A stretch of 64,000 nucleotides of DNA from Mobula birostris (taxonomy: Eukaryota). The DNA lies in the NCBI RefSeq assembly GCF_030028105.1, contig NC_092378.1, forward strand, positions 107,497,731-107,561,730, written 5' to 3'. Made by a program: the position numbers and the translations under genes. The notes below the pieces were generated by a model that had not been told where the DNA came from, did not search any database, and worked only from the letters and a program-made list of their open reading frames with translations. Below, one piece after another: positions 10,285 to 23,030 of the stretch (position 1 is its first letter; every line of letters starts with the position of its first letter).

Positions 10285-11600
10285 CCCATCAACTCTAGAG
10301 AACTCATAGTTCCCTTACCCTACTCTACTATTTCTACATCCTACCCAACTACGCCTGCCTTTTTGTTGGCTATTTAGAACATGTTCTAAGCCTTGACTGG
10401 TAATGCATCCCAATGCTTCCTGCACTACATTGATGACCGCATGGCTGTGTCATCCACCCATGATGGGCTTATCAATTTAATCGACTTTGCCTCCAATATC
10501 CACCCCACTATAGGTCCATTTCTGACACCTCCCTCCCCTTTCTCAATCTTTCTCTCTCTCCATCTCTGGAGACAAGTTGTCTACCAACATCTTCTATAAA
10601 CCTGCTTATTCCCTCTTCCCAACCTCTCAGCTATAAAAATGCTATCCCATTTTCACAGTTCCATTGCCTCCACTGCATCTGTTCCCAGGATGAGGCTTTC
10701 CTTTCCAGAACATTAGAGGCATCCTTCTTGTTCAAAGAACGGGGTTTCCTTTCCTCCAGCATTGATGCTGCCCTAACCCACACCTCCTCCATTTCCCAGA
10801 TCATCTGGGCTCACCTCATCTTCCTGCTGCCTTAACAAGAATAGAGTTCCTCTTGCCGACACCTGCACCCCATGAGCCTCTGAATCCCGCACATCATTTT
10901 CTGCAACCTTCGCCATCTTCAATGGAATCCTCTGTGATTCCCAGAGGAACATCTGCTTTTCACAGGGGTTGTTCCCCCTGTGATTCCCCTGTCTATTTGT
11001 CCCTGTGCACTATCTTCCCTCCTGGCACATATCCCTGCAAGCAACATACATGCTACACTTGCCCATTTGCCTCCTTGCTTGCCCAACACTTCATCGGTGA
11101 ATCTGTTGCGGTTATCTATCTTATCTGGTTCTCCCAGTATGGCCTCATCTATATTGGTGGGATCTGATGTAAATTAGGGGACCACATTGTTGGCACCACT
11201 GTCCCAACCACCAAAAGCAAAATTTCCCCGTGTCCAACCATTTTAATTGCCATTCTCATTCATATTCCAACATGTTAGTCCACGGCCTCCTCTTCTGCAA
11301 CAATGAGGCCACTCTGAGGGTGGAGGAGCAACATCTCGGAATGAACATTGATTTCTCATTCCGGAAAAATAAATATTTGCCCCTCCCTTTTCTTCTACGC
11401 CCCACTCTGTCCCTTTACGTCTTATCCTCACCTACCTATCACATCCTCCTGCTGCCCTCCTTTTTCCCTTTCTCTCATGGCCCACTGTCTTCCCTTATCC
11501 GATTCCTTCTTCTCCAGCCCTTTACCTTTCCCACCCACCTGATTTCAGCCAATCCTCCTTCCCCTCCCACCACTTTTATTCTGGCATCTTCCCCCTTTGC
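10285..11600 (+). mobile_element. Degraded Penelope-like retroelement (RT + GIY-YIG remnants)
   Basis: FLHYIDD RT motif (ORF 10393), GLIYIG (ORF 10853), TLRVEEQHL (ORF 11230), pyrimidine-rich tail. Confidence 0.75.
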
Positions 11601-11743
11601 AGAAGGGATCACATTGCAAGGACTGAAAGGATTGGAAAAAGTGCAAGTAAACCTGGAAAGAGAAATTAAAGATCAAGGTCAAATGCAAGTTACACAGGGT
11701 GTAAATACCTTGAAAATTAGTTTCTTGTTACAACTGTGTACCT

Positions 11744-12181
11744 TGTAGCCTGAACAAAGTCACTGGAGACACACTGAAATTAGTGGAGATAAAAGTGTTT
11801 TATTCAAGGAAAATGAACAGCAGGCATCATATTGAGATATTCTTGGATGGAGGTCTCGTGGCCCAATATCACATGACATTTTTACATACTAAAAGTCAAA
11901 GGTAACAACAGGACAATTCTACAGTTACAATGTATCTACAATACTTCATTGAATTACATGCAGTTTTCACACATCTCCTTCAACCCAACACTCCAGACAC
12001 CCAAAATGAATGTTCATCAGCATTGTATGGTTTGCAATCAACTTCAGTCCACAGCTAGAAGAAAACTATTGTTTTGGCTGCATTTTAAACATTAATCTAT
12101 ATTCTGCCGTCATGTCTGATGATAGGTTGCTGATGAAGTTAATATTTGCTCTATAACTTAACTCCCAAATATACACTAACA
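11744..12181 (-). mobile_element. Solo LTR (~438 bp, TG...CA)
   Basis: TG/CA termini; AATAAA on minus strand near 11800; flanks gtacct / gtatat each differ by one base from the empty site gtacat at 46005-46010 (6-bp TSD). Confidence 0.6.
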
Positions 12182-12272
12182 GTATATAACAGGGCAAAGA
12201 CAAACATAAGTTAATACAAACACAAATTGTACATAACTTACATGTGCAAAATATAGAACAAAATAAGTAATA

Positions 12273-13183
12273 TCTTATACCTTATACTTTATTGTTGCCA
12301 AACAATTGATACTAGAATGTACAATCATCATAGCGATATTTGATTCTGTGCTTCCCGCTCCCTGGATTACAAATATTAAACATTAAAATATTTAAAATTA
12401 GTAAATATTAAAAATTTAAATTATAAATCATAAATAGAAAATAGAAAAATGGAAAGTAAGGTAGTGCAAAATAACTGAGAGGCAGGTCCGGATATTTGGA
12501 GGGTACGGTCCAGATCCGGGTCAGGATCCGTTCAGCAGTCTTATCACAGTTGGAAAGAAGCTGTTCCCAAAACTGGCCGTACGAGTCTTCAAGCTCCTGA
12601 GCCTTCTCCCAGAGGGAAGAGGGACGAAAAGTGTGTTGGCTGGGTGGGTCGTGTCCTTGATTATCCTGGCAGCACTGCTCCGACAGCATGCGGTGTAAAG
12701 TGAGTCCAAGGACGGAAGATTGGTTTGTGTGATGTGCTGCACCGTGTTCACGATCTTCTGCAGCTTCTTTCAGTCTTTGACAGGACAACTTCCATACCAG
12801 GTTGTGATGCACCCTAGAAGAATACTTTCTACGGTGTATCTATAAAAATTAGTGAGGGTTTTAGGGGACAGGCCAAATTTCTTTAGTTTTCTCAGGAAGT
12901 AAAGGCGCTGGTGGGACTTCTTGGCAGTGAACTCTGCTTGGTTGGACCAAGTCAGGTCATTTGTGATATTGACCCCGAGTAACTTAAAACTTTTGACCTG
13001 TTACATTTGTGCACCACCAATGTAAATTGGGTCGTGCAGTCCGCTACTCCTTCTGAAGTCAACAACCAATTCCTTCGTCTTGCTGACGTTGAGGGATAGG
13101 TTATTGTCTTCGCACCATGCCACCAGGCTCTTAATTTCCTCTCTGTACTCAAACTCATCATTACCTGAGATGCAGCCTACAAT
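12273..13183 (-). mobile_element. Young 5'-truncated Rex1/Babar LINE
   Basis: ORFs 12521 (FGNSFFPTVIRLLNGS) and 13001 (NLSLNVSKTKELVVDFRR); (TATAAG)n tail. Confidence 0.85.
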
Positions 13184-13292
13184 ACTAGTGCAAGATTGAG
13201 ACAAGAAAGATTAGTTCACTGTACCAATGCTATCTCTTTCCTAATCTTAAATATATAATTACAACAGTCCTTTTTGACTTTCTTTTCAAATA

Positions 13293-15133
13293 CCAGTCGC
13301 TACATGGAATCCAGGTATGAACTCCGGAAAGCCATTAAGGGCATCAAGAGGCAATATTGAGCCAAGTTAGAAGCCCAGACTAACCAGAGGGATGCCAGTA
13401 GACTATGGCAGGGTCTAAATGAGATCACTGGGCACAATGAAAAGGCTGGGAATATCAATAACTATGGCGCTTCTCTTCCTGACGAATTTAACGTATTCTA
13501 CGCAAGATTCGAACAGAAGAGGAGTGTCCTGCTCCTGGTGGCATCGAGATTCATCGTCACCGAGGAGGACGTTAGAGGGCCTTCCTGAAGATAAATCCAA
13601 GGAAGGTGACGGGCCCAGATGGCAACCCGGGAGGGGTTCTCTGGGCCTGTGCAAGCGAGCTAGCTGGATTGTTTGCTGACATCTTCAACTGCTCCTTGTT
13701 TCAGTCTAAGATCCCCTCGTGTTTTAAGAAGGCAATGATAATCCCAGTGCTGAAGAAGAGCGAGGTGGCATGCCTGAATGACTATCGACCTGTGGCTCTG
13801 ACATCAATTGCTATGAGGTGCTTCGAGCGATTGGTTATGGCACACATCAACCACAGCCTCGACAATTTGCAATTCGCCTATCGGAGCAACAGGTCAATGG
13901 CAGGTGCCATTTCTCTGGCCCTACGTTCCTCCTTAGAACACCTGGAGAATAAAGACGCATACGTAAGGCTCCTTTTCATTGACTACAGCTCTGCCTTTAA
14001 TACCATCATTCCAAATAAACTGATTTCTAAGCTCCGGAACCTGGGCACTCAAATCTGCAGCTGGATCTTCAACTTCCTCACAGACTGTAAAAATAGGGGA
14101 CAAGCTCTCCTCTACAATCACTCTGAGCACCGGTGCCCCACAAGGCTGTGTACTCAGCCCCCTGCTGTACTCACTGTACACCCATGATTGTGTAGCCAAG
14201 TTTCCATCAAACTCAATATGCAAGTTTGCTGATGACACAAAAATTGTAGGCCGTATCTCAGGTAATGATGAATTTAAGTACAGAGAGGAAATTAAGAACC
14301 TGATGGCATGGTGCAAAGACAATAACCTATCCCTCAACGTCAGCAAGACGAAGGAATTGGTTGTTGATTTCAGAAGGAGTAGCGGACCGCATGACCCAAT
14401 TTACATCAGCAAGTGCGCAAGTGGAACAGGTCCAAAGCTTTAAGTTCCTCGGGGTCAATATCACAAATGACCTGACTTGGTCCAATGAAGCAGAGTCCAC
14501 TGCCAAGAAGGCCCACCAGCGCCTTTACTTCCTGAGAAAACTAAAGAAACTTGGCCTGTCCCCTAAAACCCTCACTAATTTTTATAGATGCACCGTAGAA
14601 AGTATTCTTCTAGAGTGCATCACAATCTGGTATAGAAGTTGTCCTGTCTAAAACCAGAAGAAGCTGCAGAAGATTGTGAACACAGCCCAGCACATCACAC
14701 AAACCAATCTTCTGTCCTTGGACTCACTTTACACCACACGCTTTTGGAGCAGTGCTGCCAGGATAATCAAGGACACGACCCACTCAGCCAACACACTTTT
14801 CATCCCTCTTCCCTCCGGGAGAAGGCTCAGGAACTTGAAGACTCATACGGCCAGATTTTGGAACAGGTTCTTTCCAACTGTGATAAGACTGCTGAACGGA
14901 TCCTGACCCGGATCTGGGCCGTACCCTCCAAATATCCGGACCTGCCTCTTGGTTTTTTTTTGCACTACCTTACTTTGCATTTTTCTATTTATGATTTATA
15001 ATTAAAATTTTTAATATTTACTATCGATTTGTAATCCAGGGAGTGGGAAGTGCAGAATCAAATATCGCTGTGATGATTGTACGTTCTAGTATCAATTGTT
15101 TGGTGACAATAAAGTATAAAGTAGAAAGTATAA
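13293..15133 (+). mobile_element. Young Rex1/Babar LINE, RT and C-terminus, frameshifted
   Basis: ORF 13606 [11 protein letters not shown]...QFAYR...[13 protein letters not shown]; KFADD at ~14222; ORFs 14361 and 14676; TAAAG-type repeat tail. Confidence 0.9.
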
Positions 15134-15134
15134 A

Positions 15135-16150
15135 TATATAATCATACCATTATACAGTAAATAGGTGGGACTGAATTGTCAACTACTCTGTATTTCTCTC
15201 AAATATTTCCATTCTTTTCACTGTAACTCATTTTATTCTGCAGCAGAAATACAGAATTACACACACCCACTCTCTTTGTACAATTTCTTTAACATTGAAA
15301 CAGCATTTATTATTTCACTAAGAGATGAATATAATTATATAATATCTAACTTCATCTGTTAAATTATTTTTAAATCAATCAAAGTTAAAGTCTTGAAAAA
15401 ACTGGTTTAATGATGTAAAACTATGAAAACCTAATGTGATATGAAAGCTGATTTAGATACCTGTTATTTAGGCTTCTGTTTGTAAAAACATTTGGAAAAG
15501 CTTTTTTGGATCATCTGAAGTTCAGAGATGTGAAGTGTAGACTATCTAAAGACATCAGCTTTTTGGTGTGCCTGGATATCTGCAGGTTTGAAAAGTGTGG
15601 GACAAAGGATAATTGCAATCATTTTTCTAAAAGCAACCTTTTTTCAAGATAAAGAACTTGGCTTAAGATCACAGGCAACAACATTTTCTCCATATAGGGC
15701 TACCGTCTAATACTTGGTGCAATGATACAGCGAGGTGCAGCTGAACATTTGTTGATGAGTCATTGGAACTTTATCAACTTCGAAGTGATGAATATACACA
15801 ATAAACTACTTCCAGAACACCCAAGTGCACGAGTTTTGCAAATGCATGATTAGGTGCATCTCAGTTATCAACCAGGTTCAAATTGGTCCAGCCATGAGCC
15901 AGTTGAACACCATGTTTCAATATCTACAAACTGATTATTATAACAGCAGACTTTAATGGTAGAACTCAGGACATTTACTGTGACTGTTTGTTACCAAAAT
16001 ATTTTTATTTTAAAGTGAGGCTATATGAAGAGAGTAAAGCAAATGTAATTGAATTTGATGCTTGAATATTTCTTAAAGTTGAACGGTTTTGGAGTATTAT
16101 TCAGTCTCCCATGTTTCCTCACCTGGACAGGTGAGAGATCCGAAGCACAG
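15135..16150. promoter_or_regulatory. Conserved non-coding block, copy B (candidate erythroid enhancer)
   Basis: CAGCTG 15738, TGAGTCA 15756-15762, TTATCA 15771; high identity to copies A and C. Confidence 0.5.
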
Positions 16151-17204
16151 AAAAGAACAGTGGTATAGTTATGGTTGGGGTAGGGCAGGAAGATGTTAAT
16201 GGTGGATAGAGTCAAGTAAGGAGCATGATTGAGCAGAAATGGCTTGGATATTCTCATGTTTATAGAGCATGGACAGTGGAGGCTAGGAGGCATACATCAG
16301 ATCTGTGGGTAAACACAAACTCAGCAGCTGACTGACTGAGACTGGGATGGTGTTGTTTGGGAATGAGCACCTAATGGTCACAGGATGCATGAGAAGGTGA
16401 CCTCAAAACTAAATCTGACACCAAGGATGTTGAGTTTTAGACAGCTGCCAGCAGAAGGGATGGAGTGAGATACTGGAGAATACAGTGACAAAGGCCAAAG
16501 AAATATCTTCAATCTTCTTAATGATTCAACTTGTCAGGATGTGCCTTTTGTATTAAAGTATATGTCAACAAAAGTGCATTTCACCCAGACTAACACAGTG
16601 AGCAAAAAATGTAATTGAGTCCATTAACAAACTGATCAACTGATAATATAGTGGTCCTAAATTTAGTTATTATTTAGGGGAGCCAGGTTGCTCTTGCCTT
16701 GAATATATAACCTCATTGATTAATCTGCTGCCAAGCAAGGCTAATTTTCTGTACTCCTGATATTAAAATCAATAAAAAGCAAAACAAATTCCTAAGATTG
16801 GATGACAATGTTATCTGTTCAAAATATAAAAACAAAGAAATTCAAATTGTACCAAACTACCAATAAATGTTTGAAGCAAATTTTTATTCATTTGATAATA
16901 GAAATTAGGCAAGACATCTCACAACTGGGAGGCAATGGAGGATTCCTGAGAAATGGCGGTGAGGTGTGGGGTCAGTGTTGCTGGGGGAACTGACAGTATG
17001 TTCTAGAAAAGGCTGAATGCTGGGTTATCCAGTGAGTGTGTTTAGCAGGACTTCCCTGTACCAGTAAAGTATAAAGTGGCATCAGATAAAACTACATTTA
17101 CATTCAATTTTCTTTGTTTTTATATCTTAGCTTTGACCTAACTCTGTCACCTGTTAGAGGACAGGTAGAGCTAATTTGAGGAAAATATTTCCATGAATTA
17201 CCAT

Positions 17205-19360
17205 TCCTTCTGACCTTGCCATCTCTGAGGCAGAATATTCTGTCCATAGCAAGGGCCTTAACTTTGTCCCCCTTTGCCCAGACCTCAGTCAGTTTCGCAC
17301 TCGCCATGACACTGAGCGCTTCTCCTGTTGCCTCTGTCTCTGGGCCCACTTCTTTGGAATCCCACACCATCCCACACCAATGACTCCTTCTCCCACCCTC
17401 AAACGTCTTCTTCTTGAACACCCCACTCTGGTCCTCTGCCTGCTCTGGATCTTTTCTTCTCTAATTGCCGACGAGACCACAAGCAGGTCAACTTCAGCAC
17501 TCCTTTCTCCTCCTTCCTCCTTGAAACTTACTGCCTCTGAACGCACTACCCCCCGCTGTCCACAATTCCAAACTTACCATCAAGCCAGCAGACATAAGGG
17601 GGCTGTTGTAGTGTTGCAGACTGACCTCTACTGTGTTTCTTCTTAACCTGCCCACGGACAGTCTATACATGGCCCAGACAGAACTGGACACACTTTTGCA
17701 CCTTGTTGTTGAATTCGGCAAGATCTGCAACAGTACAGGGTTCCTCCAGCGATGGGCATTGCAGGAGATGTTGCATAGTTTGTGGCTCAGCTCCACATTC
17801 ACAAGTTGTTGGGCTGGTTGTATATCCCCATTTGCTTAGTGGCACCTTTGAATAACCTACGCCAGTCCTAAGTCTGTTAAGGCACTTCCAGGTTGCCCTG
17901 GGAGAAGGCTTTCATCCGGTGGAATTTCCATTGTTGGGGGTTGTTTGAGACTGGCGAGCTGGTCTTTCCACAAGGTGATGCGGGCTTCAGATGGGGTTGA
18001 TTGTAATGGAACAACACTGTTCATGAAGCTCTTCCTTGACTTTAGGCGGCTGGGTGTAAGTGTATGACCATGTAAAGGGTGCCTCTCATCTGATGTTTGA
18101 CAGAGTCGGTTTTTCCTGCTGGCTACCATTCTTCTTATATCGGGGGGGGGGCGCGATACCCGCCAGGATATATAGGCTGTTGGTGTTTGTTGGTTTTAAA
18201 CAACCTGTGATAAGTTGGCAGTTTGCATTCAGAGCGGCATCCATCTTCTTAGCATGAGTAGATCTTTCCCATGCAGGGCAGGTGTATTCGGCAGTGGAAT
18301 AGCAAAGAGCAAGTTGCACTAGCTCGCAATGTTTTCAAGCTTGCTCTGCCATGCTGAGATCAAGCGGCAGCTCTCAGATGCCTCCTCTTACCTATCCCTT
18401 GAAAAAGGACCCCACACAGAACCATCAGGTCATTGTCTCTGGCATCATCACTAAACTCATCAACTCTAGAGAACTCATAATTTCCTCACCACACTGTGCT
18501 CATTTCTACCGAACAATGCCTGCCTTTTCATTGGCTACATAGAACAGTGCATGTTCTAAGCCTTCACTGGTAATGTTTCCCAACTCTTCCTGCACTACAT
18601 TGACAACTGCATGGCTGTCATTCACCCATGATAAGCTCGTCAATTTAATCAACTTTGCCTCCGACATCCACTCTGCCCTTAAATTCACTTGGTCCATTTC
18701 TGACACCTCCCTCCCCTTTCTTGGTCTCTCTGTCGCCATCTCTGGAGACCAGTTATCTAATGCCATTTTTATAAACCTGCTGATTCCCTCTTCCTACCCT
18801 GTCTCCTGTAAAAATACTATTCCCTTTTCTCAGTCCCTTTGTCTCCACCGCATCTGTCCCCAGGATGAGGCTATCCTTTCCAGAACATCAGAGATGTTCT
18901 CCTTCTTCAAAGAGCAGGGTTTCCCTTCCTCCACAATTGATGCTACTCTCAGACATATCTCCTCCATTTCCTGGACATCTGCATTCACCTCATTTTCCTA
19001 CCTCCTTAGCAGGAATGGAGTTCTTTCTCTCGTCAACCACACCATATGAGCCTATGAATCCCACACATCATTCTCCGCAACCTCCACCATCTTAAGCAGG
19101 ATCCTATCACCTAACACATCGTTACTGCACCTCCACTCTGCTTTCCACAAGAATTATTCCCTCTGTGATTCCCTTGACTATTTGCCCTTCCCCACTAATC
19201 TCCCTCCTCGCACATATCCCTTCAAGTAACAGATATGCTATACTTGCCCATTTATCACCTCCCCTACCCATACAGTCCTTGGAGATGAGGCAACACTTCA
19301 GCTATGCCTGTTGAGGTTATCAATTGTATCCGATGATCCCAATGCGACCTCCTCTATATT
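17205..19360 (+). mobile_element. Degraded Penelope-like element (paralogue at 47870-52630), interrupted by a Vingi-like insert
   Basis: LINFASDIHSALKFTWSISDTSLPFL...IPFSQ in ORF 18573; same insertion point as 47870. Confidence 0.75.
17636..18343 (-). mobile_element. Ingi/Vingi-like LINE 3' fragment with CCHC zinc knuckle
   Basis: LALCYSTAEYTCPAW...ITGCLKPT...LAGIAPP and CECGAEPQTMQHLLQCP; short (GAA)n tail; degenerate TSD ctctactgtg / ctctgccatg. Confidence 0.6.
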
Positions 19361-21665
19361 TCAAAAAGAACTGACAAGGACGCAAAAGAGGTTGGGGTGT
19401 GGCATTGCTAATTAGGGATAGTGCCATGGCTGCAGAAAAGGAGGAATTCATGGAGGGATGGTCTACTGAGTCAGTTTGGGTGGAAGTCAGAAACAAGAAA
19501 GGGGCAATAACTCTACTGGATGTTTTTATAGACCCCCCAACAGTAACAGGGATATCGACGAGCAGATAGGGAGGCAGATTCTGGAAATGTGCAATAATAA
19601 TAGGGTTGTTGTGATGAGAGATTTTAACTTTCCTATGTGTTCAGTAAGGTTTCCTGATGCAGTATGTAGATAAGCCAACTGGAAGGGAGGCTGTACTTGA
19701 CCTGATATTGGGAAATGAACTTGGTCAAGTGTCAGGTCTGTCAGTGGGAGAGCATTTTGGAGATAGTGATCACAGTTCTATCTCCTTTCCATAGCATTGA
19801 AGAGGGATAGGAACAAACAAATTATGAAAATGTTTAATTCCAGTAAGGGGAAATATAAAGGCAGGAACTTGGAAGCATAGGTTGCAAGCAGATGTTCTCA
19901 GGGAAATGCACGGCAGAAATGTGGCAAATGTTCAGGGAACATTTTCATGGAGTTCTGCGTAGGCATGTTCCATTGAGGTAGGGAAAGAATGGTAGGGTTA
20001 AAGAACCATGGTATACAAAATATGTAGAAAATCTAGTTAAGAAAAAAAGAAAAACTTACAATATGTTCAAGAAACTAGGTGCAGTTAGAGCTTTAGGAAA
20101 TTATAGAATTTTTAGGAAGGAGCTTAAGAATGGAATTAGGAGATCCAGAAGGGGCCATGAGAAGCAGGCAGAATGGTTAGCAGGATTAAAGAAAACCCCA
20201 AGGCATTCTACAAGTATGTGAAGAGCAAGAGGATGAGCTGTTTGAAAAAAGAACCAATCAGGTGCAATAGTGGAAATTTCTGCATGGAGTTGGAGGAGGT
20301 AGAGGAGGTACCTAATGAATACTTTGCTTCAGTATTCATCAGGGAAAAAGACTGGGCCAATTTGGGGATAACTTTCAGCAGACTGAAATGCTTGAGCATA
20401 TAGACATTAAGAAAGAGGATGTGCTGGAGCTTTTGAAAAGCATTAAGTTAGCTAAGGCACTGGGACTGGATGAGAAATACCCCAGGCGAGGGAGGAGATT
20501 GCTGAGCCTCTTGCGATGATCTTTGCATCAACAATAAGGACAAGAGAAGTACCGGAGGATTGGAAGGTTGCAAATGTGGCTCCCTTGTTCAAGAAAGGGA
20601 GTAGAGATAACCCAGGAAATTATAGACCAGTGAGTTTGACTTCAGTGTTGGGCAAGTTGCTGGAGAAGATCCTGAGAGGCAGGATTTATGAGCATTTGGA
20701 AGATATAATCTGATTAGGGATAGTCAATATGACTTTGTCAAGGGCAGGTCATGCCTTTTGAGCTGGATTGAATTGTTTGAGACTGTAACAAAACACATTG
20801 ATGAAGGTAGAGCAGTAGATGAAGTGTATATGGATTTCAGTAAGGCATTTGATAAGGTTCCCCATACAAGGCTCCTTCAGAAAGTAAGAAGGCATGGGAT
20901 CCAAGGAGACATTGCTATGTGGATCCAGAATTAGCTTGCTAACAGAAGGCAAAGGGTGGTTGTAGATGGTTTGTATTCTGCATGGAGATCAGTGACCAAT
21001 GGTGTTCCGCAGGAATCTGTTCTGGGACCCCTCTTCTTTGTGACTTTTATAAATGACCTGGATGAGGAAGTAGAAGGGTGGGTTAGTAAGTTTGCTGATG
21101 ACACAAAACTTGGGGGTGTTGTGGATAGTCTGGAAGGTTGTCAAAGGTTACACCGAGACATTGCTAGGATGCAGAACTGGGCTGAGAAGTGACAGATGGA
21201 CCAACCCAGATAAGTGTGAAATAGTTCATTTTGGTAGGTCCAATTTGAATACAGAATATAATATAAATGGTAAGACTCTTGACAATGTGGCGGATTGGAG
21301 AGATCTTTGGATCTGTGTCGAAAGGTCACACAAAGATGCTGCACAGTTTGACAGTGTTGTTAAGAAGGTATCTGGTGTGTTGGCATTCATCAACCATGAG
21401 TTTGAGTGGGGAGATAATGTTACAGCTATACAAGACCTTGGTCAAACCACACTTGGAGTACTGTGTTCAGTTCTGTTCACCTCACTACAGGAAGAATGTA
21501 GATACTATAGAGAGAGGGAAAGGAGATTTACAAGGATGTTGCCTGGATTGGAGGGCGTACCTATGGGAATAGGTTGAGTGTACTTGGCCATTTTTCCTTG
21601 GAGCAACAGAGGATGAGAGGTAGCCTGATAGAGGTGTATAAGATGATGAGGAGCATTGATCGTGA
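19360..21665 (+). mobile_element. CR1 LINE ORF2 (endonuclease + RT), degraded
   Basis: FYRPPNS, DFNFP, KENPKAFYKYVK, PGNYRPVSLTS, GVPQESVLGP, SKFADD, VKPHLEYCVQF. Confidence 0.9.
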
Positions 21666-21903
21666 AATAACCTCTCTACATTTGCTAGTCAGTAATAGAC
21701 CCCTCTACTGTAGGTAGGCAGTAATAAACCTCTCTACTATCACTGGACATTAATAGACCTCTCTACTGTTGCAAGGCAGTTATAGACCTCTCTACTATTG
21801 CTAGGCAGTACTAAACCCCTCTACTATAGCTGGACAGTAATAGATATCTCTACTGTAGGTAGGCTGTAATAGATCTCTCTGTTATAGCTAGATACTAATA
21901 GAC
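21666..21903. repeat. 29-bp minisatellite, ~8 degenerate copies
   Basis: Unit approx. aatagacctctctactgtaggtaggcagt. Confidence 0.8.
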
Positions 21904-22180
21904 AAAGAAAGAAACTGACCAAAAACCACCTTAACCTTTGTCTCTTCTCACCGAAGCCTCTAGAGCCAAAGCCACAAGCTCCACACTCTAATACCAGCCC
22001 ACTCACAGAACTTTCTCTCCAACAATGACTGCTCAATTAAACCTCACACTTTTTTATGGGCCTTTGTCAAGTGACTAATACACAGCGGCATCACAAGCCT
22101 GCCAAAATGTTTCAAAAGCCCCACTCACATTTTAATCCTCACACTCAGCTCACTCACTTCCAAACAAGAGACTACTTGTG
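21904..22180 (-). mobile_element. Probable CR1 5' UTR fragment
   Basis: Minus strand gagcagtcattgttggag...gtgtggagcttgtggctttggctctagaggcttcggtgag resembles recalled CR1 5' ends. Confidence 0.45.
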
Positions 22181-22189
22181 ATATGTACC

Positions 22190-23030
22190 ATGAGCTAGTA
22201 TAAATACGATGATCCAAATGGCCTCCTCTTATGCTGGATGGATATATGAAAAAATGGTAAATATGAGGAACATTGTTTTTGTGCTAACTTGCAGAAAATA
22301 CAGGGAAAGTCAATGGTTGATATCAGTTCTTATGGAATCCTGATTTACAAGCAGCCCTGGTTGTACATTGGACCACCTGGATACAAATATTGTATAAACC
22401 ACTCACTTTAGCCCAGTTCTTATCATCAGCCAGAATGTCCACCAAACCCCACTTCCCAGTTTATTGCTCCACCGCCTTTGACATCCTTTGTAAAGGGTTA
22501 AATGGTTTACAGTTTGCGAGGTTTGATTGTAAGACGGGTAATTTTTCTGCACTCTTTATTTAATATTTTCCTTACATTTCCTATGGTAACTTATAGTGCA
22601 TTTTAGGTATTGCTCAGTAATCCTGCTACATAACAACAAATTTCATGACATACGCTGCAACAATAAACCTAATGCTGATTCTGATTCTGAAATTCTAAAG
22701 CCCTAATGCACTACAAATGGGAGAAGTGGCTGATATTTGCTGCAGCTGCACTGAATGAGTTGGAGGCAAATAAATTAAGGGCCACTACAAAAGTGAAAAT
22801 CAAAGCGATGAACTTAAACCTGTGAGGCTGCAACCCTACTTGCTGTGAATCTCAGATGGAAACTCATGGGAAAACATTACTCTTTGAGTGTATTGTACCT
22901 GTTGCAACTGTGATCCAAGTCACCGGAGAGGCACTCAAGCTGATGATATGAAAGTCTTTACTCAGCCCAATAAACAAGCGTTCTCCTGGAGAAACACACA
23001 CAAAATTCAGGAGGAGCTCAGCAGATCAGG
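22190..23030. other. Conserved non-coding block duplicated at ~60420-61320
   Basis: 60 bp identical (gaaattctaaagccctaatgcac...gctgcagctg) at 22690 and 60970; contains CTTATCA and CAGCTG. Confidence 0.5.

Noticed and set aside
21666-21903. CRISPR-like repeat/spacer array
   Set aside because: Units are contiguous degenerate 29-mers with related variable halves, no unique spacers or cas genes, and the context is vertebrate
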